Positions 48,807 to 59,911 are shown, counted from the stretch's first letter. The stretch: DNA of 64,000 bases from an uncultured Verrucomicrobiae bacterium (GCA_963813025.1 CAWEXO010000014.1:416001-480000), one strand, 5' to 3'. The notes: generated by a model not told the origin, from the letters alone. Numbers and translations: made by a program.

Positions 48807-50180
48807 ATGATAGACCAGCAGACAGAGACGCAAATTCCAAAACGGGTGTTGCCAAAGCGGCGGTCAGAACGATTTGCCGGCTATGTCATCCTGCTAGGCG
48901 CAGGGGTTCTTGCCACGCTGGTGTCGGTATTTTCTCCCGTATCGTATGCTTACAAAGGCTTGGATCCAAGTGCGACTACGCTGACAGCTCAAGCAATCAT
49001 TCAAAGACGCAGCCTGCGTCTGGACGGCTACACGCTTCCCTCGGCTGAATGGGTCGTGACCAGGCAAAACGGCCACACTTACAATAAATATCCGATCGGA
49101 CCGCCCCTGTTTGCGATTCCTTTTGTGGCAATCGCTCTCCTTCAAGGCAAAGATATGCAAGCGCCGGCCGAAGATTATGCTGTTCAAGGGACGATCGCGG
49201 TTTTCACGGTACTCGTCTCGACGCTGCTAATTTACGCGCTCTTTCGTTCTTTCACCGATCCAATCATCAGCGGTCTGCTGACCTTTGCCTGGACCCTCGG
49301 GACCGGTATCATCAGTACGATGGGAGCGGCATTCTGGAGCATAAACTTCACGGTCGTCTGGGAGCTTGTCGTTTTGCTGGTTCTCGCACGATATTACACG
49401 AGCAATTCGACCAATCTCCGGCCAATTCTCCTGGGATTTGCGCTTTTCGCAGGGTATCTGTGTCGACCGACCGCGGCGCTATTGGCGATTCCTGCGACCA
49501 TCATCGTCTGGCGCAAATCGCGTGGTGCTGCCGTCACAATCGTCGTCACCTTCGGTCTGCTGATGTTAGCTTTAATGGCATTTTCGTTTTCCCAATTCGG
49601 CTCCGTTCTGCCCAAGTACTACAACCAACCCGAATTCCTGAAGTTCTCTCATTTAAGCTGGCGCCTGTTTCGAACAGCGACTTACGGGCTGACCTTTAGT
49701 CCGGGGCGAGGTCTGTTTGTCTACCAGCCCTTCCTTATCATGATTGTGGGAGGACTCGTTCTCCGTTTCCGAAACCTTCGAAACAACACGCTTTTTTGGT
49801 TGGCCACAAGCTGGCTTGTGCTGAATTTTGCGGTCGTAGCGCGCTGGCCTATGTGGTGGGGTGGGGGCAGTTTCGGCAGCCGATTGCTGGTAGAATCGTT
49901 TCCCGGCTGGATTTTGTTGACCGCCTTGTTGGCAAGAGAGCTCGGTAGACTGCCTGCACAACGCGCAGCTGCCGGTGGAATTGTCTTTGGGATGTTAACA
50001 GGAATCGGTCTTTTCTTACACTGCTATGAAGGTCTTTACAACCGGTCGACTGCGGACTTTAACGCTACGCCGGGCAGCTACGGTGAAAACTCCGCTAATA
50101 TGTTGGACTGGAGACACCCCCAGTTCTTGGCTACGCCTTACATGATCACTCAATTAAAAGGCTACAACGGCCGGCACTAA
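48807..50180 (+). CDS. Polytopic membrane protein (GT-C-like)
   Basis: KYPIG, CRPT, SPGRGLFVYQP, WWGGGSFGSRLL. Confidence 0.75.
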   Translation: MIDQQTETQIPKRVLPKRRSERFAGYVILLGAGVLATLVSVFSPVSYAYKGLDPSATTLTAQAIIQRRSLRLDGYTLPSAEWVVTRQNGHTYNKYPIGPPLFAIPFVAIALLQGKDMQAPAEDYAVQGTIAVFTVLVSTLLIYALFRSFTDPIISGLLTFAWTLGTGIISTMGAAFWSINFTVVWELVVLLVLARYYTSNSTNLRPILLGFALFAGYLCRPTAALLAIPATIIVWRKSRGAAVTIVVTFGLLMLALMAFSFSQFGSVLPKYYNQPEFLKFSHLSWRLFRTATYGLTFSPGRGLFVYQPFLIMIVGGLVLRFRNLRNNTLFWLATSWLVLNFAVVARWPMWWGGGSFGSRLLVESFPGWILLTALLARELGRLPAQRAAAGGIVFGMLTGIGLFLHCYEGLYNRSTADFNATPGSYGENSANMLDWRHPQFLATPYMITQLKGYNGRH

Positions 50181-50255
50181 ATAGCATTCGGCATATGAAA
50201 GTTGTTGCTGAAGACAGACCGCATCGAAGGATCGGCCCGCTTCCGCAGGCGAAAA

Positions 50256-53200
50256 ATGGCAAAACAGGATTCCGTCGTCAAAGCATCAAGGATTAGCCTC
50301 AGAGTTCAGCGGATCCTGCGAAGGCTCGCCGAAAAACTGGATCGTTTTCTGCCGGTCTTGCGGCGGTTCACGCCGGACAGAAGTCATTGCGCGGAGGTGA
50401 TCCACTGCCTTTACCAGACTGCTTTGGGCCGGTTGGCAGATGATCGCGCGCTTGCCCACGACACAGCCCGGCTCCGAGCAGGTGACTCTATGACCGCCTT
50501 GGCCGCCGGCCTGGTTCGATCCGAGGAATTTCGTAAGCGGCACGGTGAGACTACTCAGGTTACCAAGGAACTTGTTCACCGGTTGTATCGGGATGCGCTC
50601 GGGCGTTCGCCGGATCCGGACGGCCTTCAGCATTGGCTCGACGCTCCTGCAAGAGGCGTAAATTTGAGTGCTCTAGTGGCTGACCTGGCGACTTCTGAGG
50701 AGTGTGTCGCGCGACACAGGCGGCAGGTAATAGAATCCCTCTATCGAACCGCGCTGGGTCGTTTCGTCGACCAGCCTGCCTTGATGCAAGCGGTGGCGAG
50801 TTTGCAAAACGGTACTTCGCTCGATCAGTTGGCGACTGGTATCGCCCGTTCAACAGAATTTGAGGCTTTCCACGGTAAAGGCGCCAGGATCTCCGATGCT
50901 TATCTCGTGTCGTTGTATCGGAACGGTCTCGGGCGCACGCCGAATGCTGAAGAGCTTCGAACCTGGAATAAGCCGGTAACCAGGCTCGATCGACGCAGCG
51001 CACTTCTTGCAATGGCGACTTCGCACGAGGCGCTCAGTATCGCGAGGCAACAGCAAGGCTATTTTGTTCACGCCATATTGAAGGCTGCTTTCGGTCAGGT
51101 TCTCCACAGCCGTTTGCTGCCTGAGTATATGCGTCGGCTTGAATCCGGAGCCAGTGCGGATTCTCTGGTGAAGCAGCTCTGTCGTTCAGCGGAGTTCAAA
51201 ACGCGGCATCCTGGTCCGGAAGCGGTCGACTTCCGGTTCTTGAGTCAAGTGTATTGGGACAGCTTTGAGCGGCTTCCCAATTCCATGGAGCTCGCGCACT
51301 GGTTGTCCGATCCAGGTCACCGGGCAACGCAGGGGCAGGTAATCACCGCGTTTGCGCAATCGGAGGAGATGAAACGCCAGTTTACTGCCCAAGCACGGAT
51401 TAAAGAAGTACCGTTCGCAGAATGGATTGCCAGATACGATGACCTGTCGGATCTCGATCATTCCGCGATCCGTTTGCACATTCGGAATCTCCCGAAATGT
51501 CCGTTGATTTCACTCATTATGTCCACAGTTGGTGAGAGCGAGCAGGCTCTCCGGGTCTCCTTCGACTCCATTTTGCAACAACTTTATCCTTACTGGGAGT
51601 TAATTCTTGTGGTTGAGGAGAAGGATGATCTTCTGGTCGCCTCGATCATCGAATCCGCGGGTTGTCGCGACCCAAGAGTTAAGATTGCGCGTCCCGGGTC
51701 AGTTCGAGGCTTTGGATTAGATCTCAACCAAGCTTTTGCGATTTCTACCGGCGAGTTCATCGGCTACCTATTGGCCGGGGACAGCCTTTCGGAGCGGGCG
51801 CTTTACGAGTTTGCGGTCAAGGCTGGTCAACATGAACCGGCCGATCTGATCTACGCAGACGTGGATGAAATCAATCCAGAAGGGAATCGGGATAATCCCT
51901 GGTTTAAACCGGGCTGGGACCCGGAACTGCTCCTGGGATTGGACTACGTTAGCAATTGCGCAATTTTTCGCCGAGAGCTAGTTGAAGATTTGGGTGGACT
52001 TAGCAGTAGCTTTCCGGGCGCGGAGCTTTACGATCTTGCGCTGCGGGTCAGCCGCGCAACCACCCCGGACCGCGTCCGACATGTTTCGGCTATTCTGTGC
52101 CACAAAGCTTCAGGCAGAACCGACCAGAAACAGAGGAATCCGTTATCTAATTTGCAGACCGCCGACTCCTCGCGTCGTGCCGTGGCCGACTTCCTGAACA
52201 CCGACGGGACGACAGGCGCGTTAGTGCATCCCACGCCATTTGATTTCACCACAAACCGGGTGGTTTGGCCGATTCCGGTTTCCGAACCACTGGTTTCGGT
52301 CGTCATTCCGACTCGAGATCGAGCCGATCTGCTTGCGCAATGCGTGAACGGAGTTCTGAACCAGACTAACTATCAGAACATCGAACTCGTGATTGTCGAT
52401 AACGAGAGTGTCGAACTGGCAACGCTGGAGCTTTTCGCTCAGCTAAGGAAAGAGGATGCTCGAGTCCGGGTAATTTCGTATTCGGGAGCTTTCAACTTTT
52501 CCGCATTGAATAACTCGGCTGCTCGGGAAGCAAACGGGGAGGTGCTACTGTTGCTCAATAACGATATCAGTGTGCTCGAGCCAAACTGGCTGAGGGAACT
52601 AGTTTCGCACGCTTTGCGTCCGGATGTCGGAGCCGTCGGCGCAAAGCTGGTCTATCCGGATGGTCGGGTACAGCATGCGGGCATCGTTCTGGGGCCGGAT
52701 GGAGAGGCCAGGCATGTGCAGCGGCTTTCTCCCAGATACGATCCCGGGTATTTTCGTCAGCTCGCCTTGGTCCGGACCCTTACGGCGGTAACGGGCGCAT
52801 GTCTTTGCCTCCGAAAATCCGTCTTCTTCGAGGCAGGCAGGCTTGATGAAGTAAATCTTCCGATTAGCTATAACGACGTCGATCTCTGTCTTCGGATCGG
52901 TGACCTTGGCTACAGGGTCGTGTGGACTCCATTTGCCGAACTCTTCCATTTGGAATCTGCGTCGCGAGGCCTTGATGACGCCGATCCGATGAAACGCGAA
53001 CGTTGCAGCCGGGAGTGGTCCTATGTGCGCAAACGTTGGGCCTCCTTTCTTGGAAACGGAGACCCCTTTTACAACCCCAACGTGCTGCAAACCTGGGAAC
53101 GATTTAGCGTTCCCGTCCCTCCGAGAGCCGCCCGCACCTGGCATCCTGGGCTCGCGCAAGCTTTTGACTTGGACGGAGTTTCTTACCAAGGTGCTGCTCC

Positions 53201-53285
53201 GAAATGTGCACGACAACTGACGACACAAAATCACAGGAATCAGGAGTTGAAGTTGGCTGCCTGTAGCCACAGTCGGCCTCTCTGA
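50256..53285 (+). CDS. DUF4214-repeat / tandem GT2 glycosyltransferase
   Basis: Repeated LY..ALGR.PD..G...W modules, then FKPGWDP, VSVVIPTRD, LLNND, YNDVDLCLR. Confidence 0.9.
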   Translation: MAKQDSVVKASRISLRVQRILRRLAEKLDRFLPVLRRFTPDRSHCAEVIHCLYQTALGRLADDRALAHDTARLRAGDSMTALAAGLVRSEEFRKRHGETTQVTKELVHRLYRDALGRSPDPDGLQHWLDAPARGVNLSALVADLATSEECVARHRRQVIESLYRTALGRFVDQPALMQAVASLQNGTSLDQLATGIARSTEFEAFHGKGARISDAYLVSLYRNGLGRTPNAEELRTWNKPVTRLDRRSALLAMATSHEALSIARQQQGYFVHAILKAAFGQVLHSRLLPEYMRRLESGASADSLVKQLCRSAEFKTRHPGPEAVDFRFLSQVYWDSFERLPNSMELAHWLSDPGHRATQGQVITAFAQSEEMKRQFTAQARIKEVPFAEWIARYDDLSDLDHSAIRLHIRNLPKCPLISLIMSTVGESEQALRVSFDSILQQLYPYWELILVVEEKDDLLVASIIESAGCRDPRVKIARPGSVRGFGLDLNQAFAISTGEFIGYLLAGDSLSERALYEFAVKAGQHEPADLIYADVDEINPEGNRDNPWFKPGWDPELLLGLDYVSNCAIFRRELVEDLGGLSSSFPGAELYDLALRVSRATTPDRVRHVSAILCHKASGRTDQKQRNPLSNLQTADSSRRAVADFLNTDGTTGALVHPTPFDFTTNRVVWPIPVSEPLVSVVIPTRDRADLLAQCVNGVLNQTNYQNIELVIVDNESVELATLELFAQLRKEDARVRVISYSGAFNFSALNNSAAREANGEVLLLLNNDISVLEPNWLRELVSHALRPDVGAVGAKLVYPDGRVQHAGIVLGPDGEARHVQRLSPRYDPGYFRQLALVRTLTAVTGACLCLRKSVFFEAGRLDEVNLPISYNDVDLCLRIGDLGYRVVWTPFAELFHLESASRGLDDADPMKRERCSREWSYVRKRWASFLGNGDPFYNPNVLQTWERFSVPVPPRAARTWHPGLAQAFDLDGVSYQGAAPKCARQLTTQNHRNQELKLAACSHSRPL

Positions 53286-53302
53286 GAAATGGACCTGTCA
53301 AA

Positions 53303-56300
53303 ATGCGTGGTACTGGAACTCTGACCAAGGCTCTGCGAACGGCTCTAAGATCTGCTCGCCGAAAAAGGCGGTGGCCGAAATTCGATGGGGCACCGAGGTT
53401 CGACTTGCTTTACAGGGCAGCTTTCGCCCGATTTACCGACGACAGGGCTTTTAGCATTAGCCTCAGCGCTCAAACCATCCTGCGAAGGCTCGCCGAAAAA
53501 CTGGATCGTTTTCTGCCGGCCTTGGGGCGGTTCAGGTCCCACCGCAGTCGTGGCGCGGAGATGGTCCACTGCCTTTACCAGACCGCTTTGGGCCGTTTGG
53601 CAGATGACCACGCGCTTGCCCACGGCACAGCCCGGCTCCGAGCAGGCGGCTCTATAACGCTCTTGGCTGCCGACCTGGTTCGATCCGAAGAATTTCGTAA
53701 GCGGCACGGTGAGACTGCACAGGTTACGAAGGAACTTGTTTACCGGATGTATCGGGATGCGCTCGGGCGTTCGCCGGATCCGGAAGGCCTTCAGCATTGG
53801 CTGGACGCTCCCGCGAGAGGCGTGGATCTGAGTGCGCTGGTGGCCGGCCTGGCGACTTCTCAGGAGTGTGTCGCGCGACACAGGCGGCGATTAATTCAAT
53901 CCCTTTATCAGACAGCCTTCGGACGCTTCCCCGATGAGAACCGCCTGGCAAACGCTCTGCAAGGAGGTGAGCCGCTCGAGAAACTGGCAACCATTATCGT
54001 GAGTTCTCCGGAGTTCGAAAGTCTGCGTGGCTTAAATGGTGAATTAACTCCGGAGTATGTTAAAAGCCTGTATCATAATGGACTTTGCCGCGAACCAGGC
54101 GAGTCTGAGATGCAAACCTGGTTTGCTGGAAATGGTGCCTCCCTCGATCGAGGGCGTGCTCTTGTTGCAGTGGCAACTTCTTCAGAAGCCCTCGCTCGGA
54201 TTGAGAAGCTGGGGCAGCGCGAAGAAAATGCGCTTCCGTTGCCTTTGCAGGACGTTCCGATGCTCGTGAATTCGTTCTACAAAACCGCCTTCGGTAGACT
54301 AGCGGATCCGCCCGCACTGGCGCAAGGAGTACAGCAAATCGAAGCAGGAATCACTCTGGAACGGTTTGCTGATGTATTGGTACATTCGGCCGAGTTCGTA
54401 AGATTTCATGGCCCTCATTGGCACATCGATACCCAACGGATTTTGGCAATATATGCGAATGCGTTGGACCGACTTCCTGAAGCGACGAGCCTCTGTTTTT
54501 GGTTGTCTGAAGCCAAGCGCGGTGTTTCGATAACAAAGCTGATAACCTCAGTTGCTTCATCAGCTGAGGCGTTGTCGAGAATCTACCATGCTCGCGATTT
54601 AGATCCGGTTACTCGTTACCAACGCTGGATCGCGGTTAATGATACCATTCGGGATGACGAGAGGTCAATTATTCGACGGCATTTGGCTGGTTTAGCCTAC
54701 CGTCCTTTGATCTCTGTTATTCTGCTGACCGGCGGGTCTCCGAAAGACATCTCGAAATCCATTCGATCAGTCACGGACCAGCTGTATCCGTATTGGGAGC
54801 TCTGGATTACTGCTTCCGGGAAAGGCAAAGGATCGACCGTCCCAGGCTTCTCTGCCGATTTCGATGATATTCGTATCAGGTCACGTGTTCCGGAAGATGA
54901 TGATGAAAGCTCGACCGCGGCAACGAACCGTTGTCTCGATCTTGCAACTGGTGAGTTCGTTTGCTTCTTGGCACCTGGCGATCTACTCGCAGAAAACGCG
55001 TTCTATGAGGCCGTCTACTCAATCGGAAAGCAGCAATCGACAGATTTCATTTACTCAGATTGCGACGAGATCACCGAGCAGGGCGTACGCGCCAATCCTT
55101 GGTTCAAACCGGGCTGGGACCCGGATCTTCTTTTAGCTCAGGACTATATTAACGGGCTCGCTGTTTTTCGTCGGTCACTTGTGCAGGCGCTTGGCGGATT
55201 CCGGGGGGAGTTCGAAGGAGCAGAGCTTTATGATCTTGCCTTGAGAGTTGCAGCAGCTACGAAGGCTGATCAGATACTGCACCTTCCCGCTATACTTTAT
55301 CACCGCGGGCAACCGCACGCTGGTTCCGATTCACGTAACGGATTGGAGCAATTAAAAACGTCTGATGCCCGCCGTAGGGCCGTCCGTCACCATTTAGATT
55401 CACGTGGTTACGCGGATGCCGCCATCCAGTCCGCGCCAAATGCGTCCGGTGGCCACCGGATAGTCTGGCCGATCTCGGAAGTGTTGCCCCTTGTCTCAAT
55501 TATTGTTCCCACTCGTGATCGAGTCGATCTGCTAGAGCTTTGTTTAGACGGCGTCCTGAACCGTACTGACTATCGACAGTTGGAAGTATTGATCATGGAC
55601 AACGAAAGCAGGGAAGCTGGTTCCGCCGCATTTTTCGAAAGAATGCGCGCCCGAGATAGTCGCGTAAATATCATAGAGTGCCCGGGTCCGTTTAATTACT
55701 CGGCTCTGAATAACTTAGGGGCGCGTCGATCGTCTGGGGAGGTTTTACTTCTGCTAAATAATGACGTAGTCGCGATTGAATCCACCTGGCTGACTGAAGT
55801 GGTCAGCCAGGTAATGCGACCCGATGTCGGGATTGTCGGAGTCAAGCTGATTTACCCGAATGAACGTATTCAACATGCCGGGGTCTCCCTGGGGCCTGAA
55901 AATCAGATGATTCACCACTACCTTTTCGCATCCAGATTGGATCCTGGGTATTTTGGTCAACTGACGCTGGCCCGGACTCTTTCGGCAGTTACCGGGGCAT
56001 GTTTAGCAATTCGCAAGGACGTGTTCTTTGAGGTTGGCGGTCTCGATGAAAACAATCTACGGATTGCGTTTAACGACATTGATTTATGTCTCCGGACAGG
56101 AGACTATGGATATCGAATCGTTTGGACGCCTTTCGCGGAACTATTCCACTTAGAATCGGCCTCGCGTGGCCTCGATGATAGGGATGCTGAAAAAAGGGCG
56201 CGTTTTCACAAAGAGTGGCGATTTATGCGCGAGACTTGGGGCATGATGCTTGAGTGTCATGATCCGTTTCACAATCCGAACGTTCGATTTGCTGGACCGC

Positions 56301-56380
56301 TGACTGAAATTCCCTCTCTACCGAGACGGCGTAGACCCTGGTACGAGGAAGTTGAGGCATCTGCGCCTGAACAGAGATGA
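53303..56380 (+). CDS. DUF4214-repeat / tandem GT2 glycosyltransferase, paralogue
   Basis: Same architecture as the previous gene; start codon uncertain. Confidence 0.9.
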   Translation: MRGTGTLTKALRTALRSARRKRRWPKFDGAPRFDLLYRAAFARFTDDRAFSISLSAQTILRRLAEKLDRFLPALGRFRSHRSRGAEMVHCLYQTALGRLADDHALAHGTARLRAGGSITLLAADLVRSEEFRKRHGETAQVTKELVYRMYRDALGRSPDPEGLQHWLDAPARGVDLSALVAGLATSQECVARHRRRLIQSLYQTAFGRFPDENRLANALQGGEPLEKLATIIVSSPEFESLRGLNGELTPEYVKSLYHNGLCREPGESEMQTWFAGNGASLDRGRALVAVATSSEALARIEKLGQREENALPLPLQDVPMLVNSFYKTAFGRLADPPALAQGVQQIEAGITLERFADVLVHSAEFVRFHGPHWHIDTQRILAIYANALDRLPEATSLCFWLSEAKRGVSITKLITSVASSAEALSRIYHARDLDPVTRYQRWIAVNDTIRDDERSIIRRHLAGLAYRPLISVILLTGGSPKDISKSIRSVTDQLYPYWELWITASGKGKGSTVPGFSADFDDIRIRSRVPEDDDESSTAATNRCLDLATGEFVCFLAPGDLLAENAFYEAVYSIGKQQSTDFIYSDCDEITEQGVRANPWFKPGWDPDLLLAQDYINGLAVFRRSLVQALGGFRGEFEGAELYDLALRVAAATKADQILHLPAILYHRGQPHAGSDSRNGLEQLKTSDARRRAVRHHLDSRGYADAAIQSAPNASGGHRIVWPISEVLPLVSIIVPTRDRVDLLELCLDGVLNRTDYRQLEVLIMDNESREAGSAAFFERMRARDSRVNIIECPGPFNYSALNNLGARRSSGEVLLLLNNDVVAIESTWLTEVVSQVMRPDVGIVGVKLIYPNERIQHAGVSLGPENQMIHHYLFASRLDPGYFGQLTLARTLSAVTGACLAIRKDVFFEVGGLDENNLRIAFNDIDLCLRTGDYGYRIVWTPFAELFHLESASRGLDDRDAEKRARFHKEWRFMRETWGMMLECHDPFHNPNVRFAGPLTEIPSLPRRRRPWYEEVEASAPEQR

Positions 56381-56402
56381 AAATACTTTCTTGGAATTTA
56401 CT

Positions 56403-59351
56403 ATGAAAACTCAGTTGGTAGAAACGTGTCTTGAAAAGCTGGAAATCATTTGTGCCCGACCCTTAGATCCGCTTTTCTGGGCTTCGTCTCGAACTGGAGT
56501 GACCAGCAGTTGGTATGGCCATGTCCCTTTCGCGCACTGGTTAATCAGTGAGGTAAAGCCTGCGACCCTGGTAGAGTTGGGTACTCATAACGGAGTATCC
56601 TATTCTGCCTTTTGTGAAGCGGTGCGTCTGGGTCGACTCAGAACTCGCTGCTGGGCAATCGACACTTGGCGCGGTGACGAACAATCCGGTTCTTACGGAG
56701 AAGACGTTTATTGCGACTTTCGCCGCTTTCATGATGAGCGCTTTGGCGCATTTTCAGAGCTCTTGCGCTGCACTTTCGACGAGGGTTTGGCATTTTTCGC
56801 GGACGGCTCCGTCGACTTGCTGCACATCGATGGGCTGCATACGTATTCTGCAGTCAAACATGATTACCAGGCATGGTTGCCGAAGCTCTCGGACTCTGCC
56901 GTGATTCTCTTCCATGATACAAACGTGAGGGCCAACGGGTTTGGAGTTTGGCAGCTCTGGGAAGAACTCGCCATTCAATTCCCATCTTTTGAATTTCTTC
57001 ATGGGCATGGCTTAGGCGTGCTCGCTGTCGGTCGTACCGCTCCCCCTTCTGTGGCGGCTCTATGCGCGATCGAAGATGAGGGAATTATCCAGACTCTTCG
57101 GCAGCGATTCGCAATTTTGGGCGAGCGTTGGATCGCTTTGGACGAACGAATCAAGCTTGAACAACTCCAGCATGGCAGTATCGACATGCGTGATGCGCAG
57201 ATAGAATCTTTGCGTTCTCGGCTGGAAGCTTCCGAAGCTGAGCTTAGAAAGCAGGCAGCAAAGTTAGCGGTCGAACAGCAACTCCGAGCGCGGGCGGCAC
57301 AGCGCTCAGCTCAGGCGCGCGCTGACGCCGTCAATGCGACTTTTCGAGCCGTGAACGCAGAATCGCAGGTGGTACGAAAACGGGCTCAACTGCCGAATAG
57401 CGGGTCTCGCGTCGTTTACATCTCGGGTGAGCCGAAAGCCGCTGGACATTTTTATCGCGTTCTCCGCTATGTGGAAACGATGAGGGCCTTAGGCTTCGCC
57501 GGATCATGGCTGCCGCAGGAAGAGATCTGTCAACGCTTGGAAGAGATCGGAAATGCTGATCTGGTGGTTTTCTGGCGGGTTCCCTGGAACGACGATGTAA
57601 AGACCGCGATCGAGCTTAACCGCAAAGCTGGCGGAAGACTCGCGTTTGATATCGACGATTTTTTAATCGATCCTGCCTTTGCTCGCGTTGAGATAATCGA
57701 TGCGATTCGGACAAGCAGTTTATCTGAAGAAGACTGGAAGACGCAGGTTGGACGCTGGCAAACCACCATGTCGAATGTGGATGTTTGCATCGTCCCAACT
57801 GAAGAGCTTGCCGCAGAGGTGCGGCGTTTTCGGCTTCCTGCGTTAGTGCTGCCAAACGGCTTTGATTGCCGAACATACGAGCTTTCTCGCTTAGCGGTGG
57901 GGCATCGGAAACAAAGAAAGGACGATGAGCTGATTCGCATCGGGTACGCCAGCGGTACGAAAACGCACCAGCGCGACTTCGCGGTTGCTGCCGATGCAAT
58001 CTCGCAAGTATTGCGAGAGCGCAGTCAATGCAGACTAGTTTTGTTCCGGGACTCTGAGCTGAACAGTCCAACGCTGGAATTAACCGAGTATGAAGGCTTT
58101 GAAGATCTTCAGTGCCAGATTGAGTGGAGAGAATGTGTTCCGATGACATCGTTGCCCGAAGAACTGGCCCGGTTCGATATCAGCATTGCTCCATTAGAGA
58201 TCGCTAACCCTTTTTGTGAATGCAAAAGCGAGCTGAAATTTTTTGATTCCGCGCTGGTCGACGTGCCCACCATTGCTTCTCCCACTGGCCCTTTTCGGCG
58301 AGCCATTCAGAATGGGAGCACAGGGTTTCTCGCTGAGAACCGGGAAGATTGGTATCGCATGTTGTTGCAGTTGGTGGACGACCACGAGCTTCGGCGACAG
58401 ATCGCTCGAGAGGCACACAACGAGTGCTTAGCCAGATTCGGGGAGTTGCGACGCATTAATGACACTTTGTCAGTGTTACCAAAATTATTGGGCAACGAAC
58501 GGTTTGCCAGCCACATGTTTTGTCCGCGCCGACGAGAAGCATCTCTCGCAACACCGGCTGTGTCTCGAGTAACCCCGAAAATAATTTTCGAGTCCGATCA
58601 GCTGAAGTCCTCGGATTTGTCGGCGATTTTGGTCTGGACCGCCGCGTCGGCAAATCTCGAGGAGGCGATCGGTAATTGTCGGATGCAATCGTCCGAACTG
58701 CTGGATTTGATTGTCGTTTCTGTCGGCTTAGCGCCGAGCGTTCTTGAGAGCGCTCTTTCTCAGCTGAAAATGAATCAGACTCACTTTAACAGAATAAAGA
58801 TGCTGGTGGTTGGTGGCGGAGAGGATCCAAGAAATGTGGGAATTGATTCGGCAGAAACGCCTTTCGTACTTGTGTTCGGCGACAGGGCTCCGCTGCCCGG
58901 TTGCGCACAACAATGCATTTCAGCCCTGAAAGACACCGGAGCGGCCGCTGCTTATCCTCGCTTGAGAAAGGCTAACAACGAAGCTGGCAGTGAGCCTAAC
59001 TGCGCGCTCGATCAGGCCATGCTGATCAATCCGGCAGCCGTTTCCAGTGTCAGAGTGCTGAGGAAAGAAGCTTGGGCTGCCGTCGGGACCTATCGAATTC
59101 TCCCGGCTCCTTTTCAAGATATAGATTTTTGGTGCCGTCTGGTTGAACTCGGCATGTGGTGCACCGCCGTTGGAGACACGGCCTTGGAACAGGCCCAATC
59201 CTCTCAGGAAAAACAGACCGCGAACCCAGACAGCATCGATCAAGCATCTCGAGAGGTGCGTTCTTCCTTTCCCTGGTTAAAAATCGTTTCACCAAACCGT
59301 GAGAGTTTCTCTATCCAGCGTTCGGAACCTCGGACCGAAGTCTTATCATGA
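56403..59351 (+). CDS. Methyltransferase (Methyltransf_24-like) - coiled coil - glycosyltransferase fusion
   Basis: LVELGTHNG, IDTW.GD, LLHIDGLHTY, FHD; coiled coil; GYASGT..H..DF, KSELKFFD; degenerate GT2-like tail. Confidence 0.88.
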   Translation: MKTQLVETCLEKLEIICARPLDPLFWASSRTGVTSSWYGHVPFAHWLISEVKPATLVELGTHNGVSYSAFCEAVRLGRLRTRCWAIDTWRGDEQSGSYGEDVYCDFRRFHDERFGAFSELLRCTFDEGLAFFADGSVDLLHIDGLHTYSAVKHDYQAWLPKLSDSAVILFHDTNVRANGFGVWQLWEELAIQFPSFEFLHGHGLGVLAVGRTAPPSVAALCAIEDEGIIQTLRQRFAILGERWIALDERIKLEQLQHGSIDMRDAQIESLRSRLEASEAELRKQAAKLAVEQQLRARAAQRSAQARADAVNATFRAVNAESQVVRKRAQLPNSGSRVVYISGEPKAAGHFYRVLRYVETMRALGFAGSWLPQEEICQRLEEIGNADLVVFWRVPWNDDVKTAIELNRKAGGRLAFDIDDFLIDPAFARVEIIDAIRTSSLSEEDWKTQVGRWQTTMSNVDVCIVPTEELAAEVRRFRLPALVLPNGFDCRTYELSRLAVGHRKQRKDDELIRIGYASGTKTHQRDFAVAADAISQVLRERSQCRLVLFRDSELNSPTLELTEYEGFEDLQCQIEWRECVPMTSLPEELARFDISIAPLEIANPFCECKSELKFFDSALVDVPTIASPTGPFRRAIQNGSTGFLAENREDWYRMLLQLVDDHELRRQIAREAHNECLARFGELRRINDTLSVLPKLLGNERFASHMFCPRRREASLATPAVSRVTPKIIFESDQLKSSDLSAILVWTAASANLEEAIGNCRMQSSELLDLIVVSVGLAPSVLESALSQLKMNQTHFNRIKMLVVGGGEDPRNVGIDSAETPFVLVFGDRAPLPGCAQQCISALKDTGAAAAYPRLRKANNEAGSEPNCALDQAMLINPAAVSSVRVLRKEAWAAVGTYRILPAPFQDIDFWCRLVELGMWCTAVGDTALEQAQSSQEKQTANPDSIDQASREVRSSFPWLKIVSPNRESFSIQRSEPRTEVLS

Positions 59352-59911
59352 CGGTGACTGAATGCGATATTCCGGCGGTCAGGCACATCGAAGTACGCCG
59401 GTTCGAGGATGCGCGAGGCTCATTTGCCGAAACCTGGAGTGACCGGGCGTTTCGTAAATACGTGGATAACAGCACCTTCGTTCAAGACAACCATTCCATT
59501 TCAGAGCACCGAGGGACAATTCGCGGATTGCACTTCCAGAAACCTCCTTTTGCTCAAGGCAAGCTGATCTGGGTCGTACGCGGTGCCATCCTGGACCTTG
59601 CGGTGGATATTCGGAAAGGCTCGCCAACCTTCGGCCGTTACGTGGCGAAAACTTTAAGCGCATGCGATGGAAGACAACTCTGGATCCCCGCGGGTTTTCT
59701 TCATGGATTCTGTACGTTGGAAGATAAAACGGAAGTGTTCTATAAGGTCACTGACTTCTATAGTGCGGAGCACGATGCAGGGGTTCTCTGGAACGATCCG
59801 GATTTGGCAATTCCATGGCCGGTTGAGCTATCGTCCGCTGTGCTCTCCGAAAAAGACAAACGGCTACCTCGACTTCGAGACTTGCCTGCCTTTTTCCGCT
59901 ATGACGGATAA
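59348..59911 (+). CDS. rfbC: dTDP-4-dehydrorhamnose 3,5-epimerase
   Basis: D.RG.F.E, FVQDNHS, RGLHFQ, QGKL, HGF. Confidence 0.96.
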   Translation: MTVTECDIPAVRHIEVRRFEDARGSFAETWSDRAFRKYVDNSTFVQDNHSISEHRGTIRGLHFQKPPFAQGKLIWVVRGAILDLAVDIRKGSPTFGRYVAKTLSACDGRQLWIPAGFLHGFCTLEDKTEVFYKVTDFYSAEHDAGVLWNDPDLAIPWPVELSSAVLSEKDKRLPRLRDLPAFFRYDG

